Source: Novakomyces olei
Taxonomy: Eukaryota
Reading direction: 5' to 3'
DNA: 64,000 nucleotides
Assembly (NCBI GenBank): GCA_016906335.1
Contig: JADEYG010000002.1
Span: 310,001-374,000, forward strand
Position numbers and translations under genes: made by a program. Shown piece after piece: positions 14,414-28,072 of the stretch (positions are counted from its first letter, which is position 1; the number at the start of each line of letters is the position of its first letter). The notes below the pieces were generated by a model. That model worked only from the letters and a program-made list of their open reading frames with translations. It was not told where the DNA came from and ran no database searches.

Positions 14414-15133
14414 CTGGACTGGCTACTCGCCCGTTCGGCTGTGTGGCCGTTTGCGCTTGTGAGGGGACAGTGGAGGCCGTTGTATACATTTACTGCTTGT
14501 GCTGATACCGCGTTGGCAAGTGTACTCGATCGCTACAGTGCCAACGCGGTGCAGACTCGTTCTGCCAACCTGTGGCCAGAATGCTCGCCCGTCCAGCGTT
14601 GCAATATACAGACTGACTTTACAGACTGACTTTGGATACAGGTTGGCTGGGATTATGTACGGGGTCGTAAGGGGGGCGTACGGGGCCGTACGGAATCGAG
14701 CGGTGGATTGTGGGGGCAAGCGAATGTTGTTTAGGGGGTGATAAAATTCGTAGTCTGCCGGACTGTGCGAATAGAATGTTTAGTGTACCGCTCTGATATA
14801 ATGAAATAATGATACATGTTGTAAAGGTACTGTAAGCTGCCCAAGAGCGTTAGGTCGAGGGCTGTCTTTGGATTTTCTGTTACGCGTTACCGTTGACAAA
14901 CGTATTCGTTTGATAAACGGTGCCGGCCGTAGCAGGCCCAAGAATGATTACACACTGTAGCCAGCAAAAGATGGATTTGCTAGGATTGAGAAAGGGTCCG
15001 GAGCAACAAAGGATTTTATAGTCGACCATTCATTTATTTACAGGCCATTTTTATTGTTCTCTTTTTGCATCTACTCAGGGTCTAGACTTGTGATTCCACA
15101 TGCTTCGTCCATCGCTACGCATACTACCAAGCT

Positions 15134-16644
<1,511 letters not shown>

Positions 16645-16770
16645 TTCATAGACAATGATACCGTCTATTGCCCTTTTTTGCAGCCATTACTGTGAATATT
16701 ATACCTTTACAAGTATGACATATTTCAGGTTTATGTTGGCAAAAATACCATACAATAAATTATAGCCAAT

Positions 16771-16772
<2 letters not shown>

Positions 16773-16829
<57 letters not shown>

Positions 16830-16847
16830 TAATAATAATAATAATAA
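16773..16847. repeat. (AAT)n microsatellite in the SKI8/SREBP divergent promoter
   Basis: Visible run with one interruption near 16830. Confidence 0.97.
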
Positions 16848-16963
16848 GTCTGCTCGGAACGACACATTTTCCTTGCAAGTAAAAAGTAGTATACTTATCC
16901 ATCACTTGTGAAAAGCTTGGTGTATAAGAAATACACTAAACAATGTACCCATTCTCGGTGCGA

Positions 16964-17114
16964 ACCACGTGACAATCATTCGATAATAAAAAAGTGGTGC
17001 GATAGCGAAAAAGATCACACGTTCGACCAAACGCACAGAGGCACGACTGTAAATTGTGACAGGTTCGGCGCCAGCAAAAGGTAAAATCTAACGATTGCCC
17101 AGTTGTGGTGTGAT
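16964..17114. promoter_or_regulatory. Cluster of SRE/E-box-like motifs upstream of the SREBP gene
   Basis: CACGTG 16966-16971; ATCATTCGAT 16975-16984; minus-strand ATCGCACCAC 16994-17003 and ATCACACCAC 17105-17114. Confidence 0.5.
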
Positions 17115-17142
17115 CTAAATTTTGCTCCACTCAGTACTGACG

Positions 17143-17331
17143 ATGAAGGCTCTGCCAAAGATGGAGTCAACGTTTGACTCTCTTTTCCCTTCAATTGATC
17201 TGCAGGATGATAGTACTGTCTCGGCGGCACCACGGTCAATGCGGGCAGCGACTAAATCAGCACCCAGCAGTGATGCCGCTGCTAATGCGGACGAGTACTT
17301 TGCTTTTCTCAACTATTTAGATCGAGACGTT

Positions 17332-17365
<34 letters not shown>

Positions 17366-20300
17366 TCCCTACTGGCACGGACGAGGGCGGGTACGCGTCC
17401 CCGCCAGGTCTCTCCCGTTCTTCGCTTTCACCAAACAGCATTTCTGGCTCAGACTCGGGTAACGCGTTCTGGTCTAGTCTCGATAGTCCGCAGTACGCGT
17501 CCCAGGCGATAAATGTTCCTCATTACGATAGAGACTCTTTTGCTTACTGGGGCAGTGAAGCGGTTAAACAGGAATCTGTCTCGCCTGTACTCTCACAAGC
17601 GGACAACAAAACCAGCAATGAAAAGCAGGTTCCATCCTCGGAAAAGTATACTGCCAATGGGATGCCCGGGTTCGATTCTGAATCGTTTTCTTCATTTGCA
17701 ATGCCACAGCAATTGCTGCAACAGCAGCAGCAGCTGTTACAGCAACAGCAGCAGCAGTTAATGAATACAGACTCGTTTTCCTTTGGAGGAGAAAGCAATG
17801 GGGAGTTTTCCGGTTTTACAGATGGGCACGTGGCCCAGAAACGCAGGCTGTCAGAGAACGATGACGATAGGGGATCAGGGTACGGAACTTCTGGCATGGA
17901 TTCAAACGGACACACTCCCTCGTCAAACAGTGGGAGCCATACAGTCTCCTCTATGGAACAGAATACACTGGGCTCTAGCGCGTCTAACAGCACGGCCTCA
18001 ATGATTCTGCCAGTCGGCCGCCCTCGTCGGGACAGTGCACACCCTCGGCCAGAAAAGACTTCTCATAATATGATTGAGAAAAAGTACCGTACAAACATCA
18101 ATGACAAAATCTTGGCTCTACGGGAAGCAGTGCCGTCATTGCGGTACGCTCATGATGTGGCCAAGGACGAGGATGTTTGTGTAGATGAACTGGACGGGTT
18201 AGAGCGTGCACGTAAATTGAATAAGGCGACAGTACTTTCAAAGGCTACAGAGTACATTCAGCATTTGGAGGCGCGTATAGAGCAGTACAGGTACACTACT
18301 GAGCGGCTCACACAGAAAAACGATGCCCTGCAACGAAGACTGGCAGAGTTTGAACTTCAGTCTAATAATATGAATGGCGATAGAGGCGGCAACAATAACA
18401 ACAGCAATAATAATTATAATCTCAACCGTAATAACACTCAAAATAATAATAATAACGGCGGCCGGGGAGTGGCTCCAAGAGCGCTTATGGGCGGAATGGC
18501 AGCGATGATGGCACTTAACCAATTATCTTCGTCTTCTGGAGACTCTGGTTTTACCGCTCAACTATCTTCTCTGCCCGGTTTTGTTTCGCTGTCAAATTTT
18601 GTTGTGCAAACCAAGACATTAGCGGCCCAGTTGCCCCTCACAGAGCATTTTCATGCTTTTAATGCTCAGTTTGGCACAACTGCCCGGTGTCTTTTGGCCC
18701 TGTGCACGCTACTTTACGTTTTTTACCCTCTATTTTTTGGAAACAATAGCAATTCCAAAGAACCAAAAGGCTCTAGTTCGGCAGTGGCCTCCGTTTCCGG
18801 GATTGCCAGTGCCAATGAGAGTATGAGCAGGATAAGTACTGCGTCACTTGGCTCTCCATTGTCTGTAAGACGTGAGGCCTTTGCCGCTGCTAACCGTGAC
18901 TCCTCGATTCCTGAGCCTAAAGATTCATTGTTTTGCCGCCCTATTCTCTTGAAGGCGCTCAAAATAGCGGCAAGATTTGTTGTGGGCGGTGAGGGCTTTC
19001 GTCTGCTTAGTGGGACTTCTCAGGCAAGTGAATTACTGCGAATTTCCAAGTGGCAAACTACAGTCTCTTCTCAGCTTTCTGGAGGAGATGTGCATGTGAG
19101 CAATGCCAGACTGCTCTTTACGTTTCTCGCCAGCTTAACTCTGCCTGAAACTGCTCCAAGATACCTGCTTTGTGCCCTGCACTCTCGTATTCTCACGTGT
19201 GGACGAGTCAGCGAAGCAGTTTCCCTCCGAATCGCTGCTCATTATTGGCGACTGGCCTGTATTGCCAAGGAAAAGGCCTCTGTTGACCGTCGAGTGTTTC
19301 CTCCACGATGGGTGTACCTGCTGGAACATTTTACTCCTGCTGAGGCGCTGTCGGTGGATATTGTTCAGCTGGCAAAGAGCCTCGTCTTTGCAAGTGCCGG
19401 CAGGCAGACTGAAAATAATAATAATAACAATAACAATCTTGAGAATAATGATAATACAAATAATTGTCTTGGATGGAGCAAGTCTTTTATCGAACGAGAG
19501 ATTAAAGCAGTTGAAGACGATCCAGAGATTCAGAGCCCGATCGATGCAATTGCAGTTTGGGCAATCAGACATGAAATTGTTCGAGTTGTAGAGTCGGCCA
19601 TGTTGGCCTCGGCTGGCGTTGAAGTTGCAGTATCGCCCGAACGGATTGAAAGAGTGTCTAAACTGGCTCCTCCGGGCTCAAGGGTTTATCGGGAAATTCT
19701 ATTGGCTTATACGCTGGTACAGGAAAAGAAGGAGCTGGCACTGCAACGGACGATTGAAGCTTATAGCCGACTGCTACCCCCTCGCCCAGGCTCATTGGAG
19801 TCGTTAGTGAATAATGAAAACAGGAGCAATAGTTCTGTACTACCGGCCGCAAATTACCACCGTATTTCTCGCGATGAAAAGGCAATCCTAAAGGCTCTAA
19901 TCACCACAAAACTGGTCGCTGCAGGCAAGTGGACAGAAGCGCTAAAAGCGGTTGGCGGACTAGCTTCTATGCTGGAATCATCGAGCCCAGAGTCCTCGAC
20001 TGTACTGGTAAATATAAAGTTTTTAGCCGCCCTGGAACTGTGTAATGCCTTGTCTAGCATTAGCAGTGGTGCTGATGATAGTGAGGCTGTTTTGCACAAT
20101 GAAGAGAATCCTCTACCAAAGATTTCGGATCTTGAATTTGCTGGACTCATGCGCTCGCTGGACGAAATTGCCAGTGAGCTGCGGGTAGTAGCGGGGCTGG
20201 ATTACAAGGGAGTCACACTGCTTTGCTCTGTGGAAACTCATCGGCGCCTTGTGCGCAAATGCGTGGAGTATGCTAAACAGGCAGTTGGTTTACTTGATGA

Positions 20301-20373
20301 AGGGTTTGACACATCTGCGACCATTGTCAGTAACGAAGTTTCCGAGAACGAGTCGGGGTATTATAGTTCATAA
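17143..20373 (+). CDS. SRE1: Sterol regulatory element-binding protein (Sre1/SrbA-type), intronless; start at 17143 or 17161
   Basis: bHLH-zip with the SREBP-diagnostic Tyr (SHNMIEKKYRTNINDKI..LREAVPSL..KLNKATVLSKATEYI); two hydrophobic segments; long C-terminal region with QLSGGD (DUF2014-like). Confidence 0.92.
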
Positions 20374-20554
20374 TTCTTTGCGTTTGTTTTGATTTTTGTT
20401 TTTTTGATTGGTTTTCTTAACTATATAATCTGAAGGGAAAGATCCATGATCGAGATTCCTTTATGCTGGTAGTGGTGTTGATAGTGCGAGTTGATATACT
20501 CAATTATATATAATGTACTATACGTGCTGAGGTGTACTGCAAGCTTGTAATGTC

Positions 20555-20885
20555 GACGTGACCGGTTCAGTAGGGTTGAAATAGTTTGCTGGTTATTAGT
20601 GGCCGCATTCTCTGGCGTTTGCTAGCGACAAGTGCATGTTTCCAAGACGTCCGTTGTCGATGCTCCGTACCCGGAAAACCCTATACAACTTTTAGGTAGG
20701 GCCGGAGAATAATTTTCAAGTAATGCCACTGCTGGACCTGTAGGGAAGTTGGAGAATGCGGGGCAGTATGAACGCCCAAGTAATGCAATCACCACTTGGA
20801 CAGACCGAAACCCAGGGAGTAATACGACTAGTAAATTGGGGATACTGACGTTTGGTCGCGAAGATGGCATTCGATCATCCAGACT
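20555..20885. ncRNA. Candidate structured ncRNA, unidentified
   Basis: GC-richer island between convergent genes with several helices (see findings); no known family recognised. Confidence 0.3.
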
Positions 20886-21013
20886 TTGAATATATTATTT
20901 TGTGACAATAACGTTTAAACATGTAAAACCGTCTCCTTTATCGCCAGCCGGGCATGCAAGCACAGTCGCACTAATTATTTGTGCAGCTAATAATACAATT
21001 AATGATACATTAT

Positions 21014-22116
21014 TTATATACCAGGTCTCCACCAGGACTTGCGTCTTTGTGAACTATCTTGGCCCTCATCAGCTTGATTAGAGTAAAGAGCTTGCAGCCG
21101 ACGAGTCTCTGCATCGACTTGTTTTTCGCGCTCTAGACGCGCAACGCGTACGCGTTCTTCTTCCAATTTGAGGAACCTTCGCGTTTCTTCTTCGGCAATA
21201 CGTTCTCGTTCTTGTCGTTCACTCAACATTTTCTCCTCCTCCCGCTCTAAGAGCAGTAAATACTCAGACTTTTGTTGGCCTGATGTTCCTTCAGTAGACG
21301 AACTAGCTCCATTTGGCACTCGCCCATTCAACAAATCGGGTGAAAATAGCTCTATCTGTGATAATTGAGAGTCTGGTGTCAAGGGCACCTGCGAAGCGGT
21401 CGGTGCCGTTGATTTGCTACCTTCTCCAACTGTCTCCAGCTTGGATCGAGAATTAAAAGAGTCAATGATTGCATTTGCTGACAGTAAAAGAACCATTTCG
21501 ATGCCTTTAACGTCTTTAATACTAAGCCGCTGTAAATTACAGTGCAAAAGAGTCATTTGCGGCGCTGATTTCGACCATCGGGGTATTTTGAGTAACGCAA
21601 CTGCTACCGGAGGGTCTCGGGTACGTCGATAGGCGAATTTGTAAGCGCATGTGAATGATCGAACTGCCGGCGAGTCTCTCTGCCCTTTGCTTGTTAACAA
21701 CTTATATTTCCGTATAGGTTTTTAGACGAAGATTCGCTTACATTTAAAGGACCCATCGCCAAAGCGGAACCTTCGAATTGGAGGGGCTGCGATTCTTGGT
21801 TCCTCGTTTACTATTATTTTCTCAAAAGGTTGTAGTAGTGAAACCGTCCACGCTAAAGACTCGTTTGTGCTTTCAAGTGTTGCCATTTCAATGCTTTGAT
21901 CGTACGCGTCCATTAGCACAGATTCTGTAGTTGAGCTGTTTATGCTGCTTTTATGTGCTATTCGGTAGCAAAGGCTTCCTTCTTGCTGATCGGAACTGAT
22001 GACACCGACAGTATCATCGTTATCGATACACGGCACAAACGTATAAGCTGAGCGGGTCAGTAATTAAAAATTAGAACACTCGTGACTTTACTGCAAAAGT
22101 TCTCGTCCAGAGGCAT
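21014..22116 (-). CDS. Fungal hypothetical protein with C-terminal charged coiled coil, 3 exons
   Basis: Spliced start MPLDENFC|TYTFVPC, junction FK|WQRD, DPPVAVAL, IKDVKGIEMVLLLSA; frame preserved over two GT..AG introns. Confidence 0.8.
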
Positions 22117-23131
22117 TCAGCTCTTGAAATTTGCATCCAATTGAGGCTACATAAATCCCTATCTACAACGAGGCGCGCGCGGATTTGATTTGCAGCTATC
22201 TCGCTTCTGGTCAAATTTGGAAAATACGACACAATAGATACCAGGAATAATATACGTAATAAATCGGTACTGTCCCAAATGTCTTGGCCACCGCTATTTG
22301 TCTAAATATAGATCGAGGTATATAAGTGATTACTTATGGCTGAGGGACGATTTAGAGCTGTATATAATGGTAGAATAAATTTAATATAAATGTAAATATA
22401 ATCTAAATCAAGTTCTATAGTTTCCGTTCAAAAAGAAATGACGGATGTCCGATCAAATTGACCAATCAAAGTCGTTTTTCAGCAAATGATTCTGATTTAT
22501 CACCTGTATAGAAAACGACTGATAACGTTAACCCGGCCGTGTCCAGCCGAGCCGTGGTAACTAAACCACGGCTCGTAAAGACTTAGACAAACCTTCCTTG
22601 ATTATACGACCGCGTCCACATGAAATGGGAACGGTCTGTCTACGGATACTGGTTGATTTTGCGTCTACACGCCCCTGTCAAAGAATCGGGCTTATGTTTT
22701 ACTGTCCCCATTCAGATTATGCCCTCATGAACCGGTGCTTGTATGACAAATCACGTGCTTCAATGCCATTTGTATTCTACTGTTGAAAGCAGCCTAGGAT
22801 TTACTAGGTCAAATCGTGAATGAATTTGTTTACTTGATTTTCCTTATACAGCGGAAATCTATTGTCGAAAGGGAAGAGGCACGGATGACGAAGAAAGCAA
22901 TTTACTTCAATATTCAAGATTAGTATTGACACTAGATGATCAAAACGAGGAAAAGAGCATTATAACGACAGGCAAGAAATGAAAAATTAAATGATTTTGC
23001 TGATAACAAAAAGGTCAATAATGTGCTGCTGCTTATATAACTAGAGCAAACTTTTCTAAAACATCATTTGAGATGGCGAGCTTGAGCATCTCGCATTCTG
23101 ACGTCCATTTCTGTTTAAAGCCTAATTCTTT

Positions 23132-25252
23132 TCATGCAACGCGACCACGAGGGCGAGTTTGCTGCTCACTGATCTTTTTCTTTTTTGTCAATTTTGCATA
23201 ATCTACGCAAAGTGTTAGTCTTTATACAAAAAAACGATTACTCACGTAATCCACAGGCGTTACAAAGTGTTCGTGCCCCGTCAGGGCCCCGTCTCCATTC
23301 TGGTGTTTGCGATATGTGGCACGCATGGCAACGACCAGAGTGAGGTGCTTTTTTGGCCTGAGAAAACAAAGATAGTCAGCAAAAGTGGTTTCAATAACCT
23401 TTTTAAAAAAACTTACTGCTTTCTTGCGATTGCGAGCCTCTTGTGATTTTGCAGTAATCGAAAATATCTGCAAAGTCTCTCCAAAACGCTGCTGTTGGTG
23501 CTGAGGATTGGTTTGTTGTTGAGAGGACTCTACAGCACGTGAATTATAATTATTAAACTCTTTTCCCGTCGCGCCTTTAATCCCATTCGCGCTTACAAAT
23601 TTAATATTAAGAGCAGCCGGTGGCTGCTGAGCAGCAACTGGTTTCCTGGCTTTATTCAGCTCTGGCCGGGCTTGCACTATTCTGCCAGTATCTAGTCCCG
23701 TTGCTTCAACTGCAGTTTCGGCTGTCGATTGACGAGCTTGCTGCTGCTCCGGCTCAAAGAACCGCACTGGTTCAAGTCCCGAAGGCAGTTGATTAGTCAC
23801 TGAAGTCGAAGAGTAATGTATGAGAGGAACCATGGAATCGCTCTGAGAGCGGGCGATTCCGAGTGCTGGAGGGGCATTATTATTGTTAATATTGCTGTTG
23901 CCCACTGTGGGTAAAACACTGGCACTGCAAGATCTTTGCAACACAGCTGCCTGCTGCAGCTGAATATTCCATCCATCAAGAATAGACTTGCACTCGTTCA
24001 CCTGCTGCAAGGCCTGTCGTACTGCCTTTGCGGGGGGTAAAGAAGTTGGAGAGCAGCACGAGGAAGAAGAAACTGAAGAAGATGCTGAAGAAGGAATTGT
24101 CACTGGAGTATGGTGTGCCGGAGAGATTGCTGCAGAAGAGCAGTGAGTAGCTGCAAATTGAGATAAAAAGGAAGCATGTGATGCAATCAGATCAAAGTCT
24201 TGTTTGAGAGAACGGAGACTTGCTCCGCTTGTAAAAGGATTTTTCCATGTATTGCTGTTGATATCGAGATTGTTATAGATATTGCTATTAGCAGTGCTAA
24301 TATTGCTGTTGATACTGCTATTTGGCCTTGGAATAAAACTGCTTTGCAGCTTCCATTGCCAAGGAGGCGAGGGTTTTGATTGCCAGACTACCGGAGGAGC
24401 TGCAGCTGCAGTCCCTAATGGTGATGATGTTTCGTCCGGATGTGCTTTCAGAGGAATAGTGCTTTGAACAAGAGGATTTTCTATAATTTGGCTCATTTTG
24501 TCTTGGTGGTCGTACATATCAGTGCTTAATTTCACCGGCAAAGCTTGTTCAGGTCTTGATTTTGTGTTGGATTCCAATCCCTTTGGCTCCATTTTTAATC
24601 CCATTTCACTGTCTCCTTCAAAGTCCATGGGCTCCGTTTCAATTTTATCTGACTTTTGAACCTTTTCCCCCTCTGGAGCTGTTAATTTCGATTTTTCTGT
24701 ACGCTGTTGACTACTTTTGTCATCTTCGGAGGAAAGAGCTCTAATAGAAAGCCTTTCGTCTTGATCGCGAGCAGCCTGCTTTTGAACTCTAGGCGAGTCT
24801 GTAGCAATACTGGCCAATAGAGTCATTGGGTGCTGGAAAGTTTCATGTGTGCGCTTCACACTCGACCTTACTGTCTCTGGTGCGTGTGTGGGCGTCGAGG
24901 TAGTACTGCTGACAGCTGAAACTTCAAGTGAGTTTTCCAGAGACTGGCTGCTGTTTGATACAGTATTAGATGCGGCCATAGATTCAGGTCTGTTTGCTGT
25001 TGAAATCGTGCTTTTGCTCGTATTGCTACTAATAATGGTACTGGTCATGTTTCTGTTGCTATTGCTGATCGACTTTTTCTCCAAAAAACTACTTTCGCCT
25101 TCACCTTTTTGCTGTGAGATTTGTACCGTATTGCAAGTCAGTGCTGAGCTTGCTACAGAAAAATGATTGATGACTGTGCTCTTGATGTGAATGCTTTCTG
25201 CATGATAGTCCCATGGTCTGTGTGTGATTTTGGTGTCCGCTACAGTGCTCAT
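23132..25252 (-). CDS. GATA zinc-finger transcription factor (NsdD/Brg1/Gat2-like), 3 exons
   Basis: After splicing: [38 protein letters not shown] (C-x2-C-x18-C-x2-C); long low-complexity N-terminus. Confidence 0.9.
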
Positions 25253-25296
25253 TGTGCAGATTGACAGACCAAGTTTTGACAATAGGCTGTGTCTAA

Positions 25297-25298
<2 letters not shown>

Positions 25299-25338
<40 letters not shown>
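25299..25338. repeat. (AT)n microsatellite just upstream of the GATA start codon
   Basis: Visible run of about 20 units. Confidence 0.95.
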
Positions 25339-25341
<3 letters not shown>

Positions 25342-27933
25342 AGTGTATATATATATATGTATATATGAATTTACATATATTATTTGTTTGTTTGTTTCTC
25401 TGTTTTAAATTAGTTTCCTTTCTCTATCCAGTGTACGCGATGATTATATATACCAACTTGTTAGTGCCCCGAGTGTTTGTCCGGAGTGAATGAGCGGCGA
25501 AGGTAACGAGACGATACCGTCCGTGGTGAAAGGGAAAAAAGATGGGCGCGAACAGGAAGAACACTAATTAACTAAAACGGAAGTGCGTTGACGGGGACTT
25601 GTGAGTAAAAGGGAAACATTACATTACAACACAGAAAGTAAAATACATAAACGAATAAGAATCGGAAAAGAAATAAACAAAAGAAAGCGGAAATAAATTA
25701 TGGTGAGCCTACCGGGCTTGAAGGCAAATTGGATTTTAAACTTGCGAGCGCGTGCTTCCTGTGTGCAACTTTTCCATGTAAACAACGCTCAGTACGTATA
25801 TAGATGATAAAGTCTACCGATAAGTGTTGTGCACAACTTTGAGGGAAATTTGTAATTAAAGAGGATACTGATTACATAATAATGTATAAAGCACGTTGAT
25901 AGGTGGGCTTTGACTAGTTTTTGATAAAGTGTTTTATGGAGAATGTTTGATCGCAATGTTGAACTGTCGATTCTACACACAAAAGTCACGCGAACGAACC
26001 AATTATAGATTAATAAAAAGTGCAATTGAACGCATAACCAGCGTAAATCTTTCTCCAAAGCAAATGGAGGGGTCCACATAGTCCAAAATAATGCAAGTTT
26101 CAAGGTTTTTGTCTTTGCGTTTGTGAAAAATGTCGGGCTCATCTTTGAGTTCAAAAAAGGTACATGCAGATGGGTATTAAATTGTTCGTATCACGCATTA
26201 ATTGGTTTTACGGTACATTTATTATGCACTTTTCCGTTTCCCAAAGGAGCAGTCCATAAACTAGATCGAACATCTTTGTATACGATTTAGTGTGAGAGAA
26301 ATGTGGGAGTTTGAACCCAGTTTTGAACAAGTCCGAAATGATTTGCTGTAGCTGTTTGACTGCGGCGTGCTGCTTTCTCAGCGACGTACGATAAAATCTA
26401 ATTTTATGCTTACTTTTTATTGATCTACTTTTGCGTATGTAATTGATTGTTTTAGATACTATAATGATTCTAGCTCTTTAGCCATATCATACTTGTCAGA
26501 TATTTATGGGTTAAGCTGTCATTAATTTATTATCTATCTGGCTATGAGAATCCTGTGCCCATACTATAGCGAAGTCGAGATACGTAGTAAAGTATATCCT
26601 CCCTCATTTAACCTGGTATAAGGACGTTAAATAGACTTTAACCTCAAGCTTCGTGGGGTTGAACACAACACATGTGTGATTGGCGTTATTTTAGCTTTGC
26701 CGCGAATCCTTTTTAATAATTTCCGCTCCAATAATGTAGCTTTATCGCTGCATGCGCCCTTTCTATTTTTATTCTTTTGTTGGTATTTAGTATGAAAAGC
26801 TTTTCGGACGCAGGTCCGAATGGGGGCAGGAATGGAAAGATGATATTATCCAGCTGAGATGTCGTTCAGCTGATAGTTCCAAAGAACCTGTCCAATCAGA
26901 CAGACTAATAATTAAAACTAGAAGGAGCAGAAGGGCAAACTGTGTCTTAGATTTTTTTTGTTTCTCTTTTTTTCTGTATTATTCAGTAGGGAGTACTTGA
27001 GGAATAGGTCCAGATGTTCGAGTAGCAAAAGAAGTCTTTTGGTTTAAGAGCGGTGGATTGTGTGCAATAAAATCGCGAGCTCTATGATTTCTAGGGTTTA
27101 CAGGTTTTCTTCTATGATGATACCGTCATACAACCTGTCTTTCATGCCATGGGGACTTTAACCGTTAATACTTTAATCCATTTAGGCCAGCGTGATTGGA
27201 TTCGTTTTATTTTAAAGACTATAAATCCGGACCAATCGTATTTGGGGATGAGATTTGAAACACGTCCTGATTTACGTTAGTCCTCATTGTTTATCGTTCT
27301 ATTTATGAATATGTTTCTATTCTTACCATTGTAATGGTTGGATTTTCACATAGCTGTACAGTGATTTTCTCTGCAGCATGTGGAACTTCAATTATGCGTG
27401 TTATTTGCAGGTGTTCAAATGTTCATCTTGAGGTTTTTATTTTATTTTGTAGAATACATTCAACTTGAAAGAACCTCTAGCGATAGAGCACAGGGCCAAA
27501 ATTAAACTCTCCTTAACCCGTCGTATAAATTCAATAATGACTGATGGAATTTGTTAAATTTCTGTTGACCTTGGAGATTTGCTATATTGAGAATTCGTAT
27601 GAGTAAAATCTCCATAAATTAAAACTTACCAATTAAGATTTACGTGGAGAAACGTTGGATCCATAAAAAGCCTTTTTCTAGAACAAAAGGCGCAAGTCAG
27701 AATAAAATGTGAAATAAAACGCTCAAGCCAGTTCCAGTCAGTATCGAGTAGTTTCTCTCCTGCTCATCACATTCGATCGTGGTGGGAAATAGATTATGTT
27801 AAGAATACTAAACACAGTAAAGCTTATGAAACTTTGTTGCTATCGGAAATGATAGCGCAGCATCTTAGACATTTGCATCAAGTTCTATATATTTGTCATC
27901 TTGGTCTTAATCGTTAAATTAGAGTGATCTATC

Positions 27934-28072
27934 TAGCCCGCGTGACACCGGCCCAGCTCGACCGTTAGATACGTATTAGCCTGCAACTGTCTCGTGTCTG
28001 CGGCACACCGACTCGATCGTCGAGCTCCGGGCTACTGTGAATCGGTGCCGTGATTGCGTCAAGTCCGGGCCG
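27934..28072 (-). ncRNA. Candidate structured RNA with pseudoknot and alternative fold, unidentified
   Basis: Four complementary segment pairs in 140 nt; the mismatches resolve as G-U only on the minus strand. Confidence 0.4.

Noticed and set aside
20552-20580. GTCGACGT resembling the U3 5' end, and TCAGTAGGGT antisense to a 25S rRNA segment as I recall it
   Set aside because: U3 boxes A, B and C are absent and the 10-nt match is not positioned before a D box.
20741-20885. RNase P-like CR-I/CR-V pair (GGGAAGTTGGAG / ATCCAGACT)
   Set aside because: Bulge falls on the wrong strand of P4, spacing is too short and no P1 closure is evident.
26291-26320. tRNA 3'-half / B-box-like GGGTTCAAACTCCCA on the minus strand
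   Set aside because: T-loop has an extra base; no D-arm, anticodon arm or matching acceptor stem.
27955-28050. HDV-like ribozyme on the plus strand
   Set aside because: Nested topology is similar but there is no proper P3, P1.1 or P4, and GTGAAT lacks the catalytic C.
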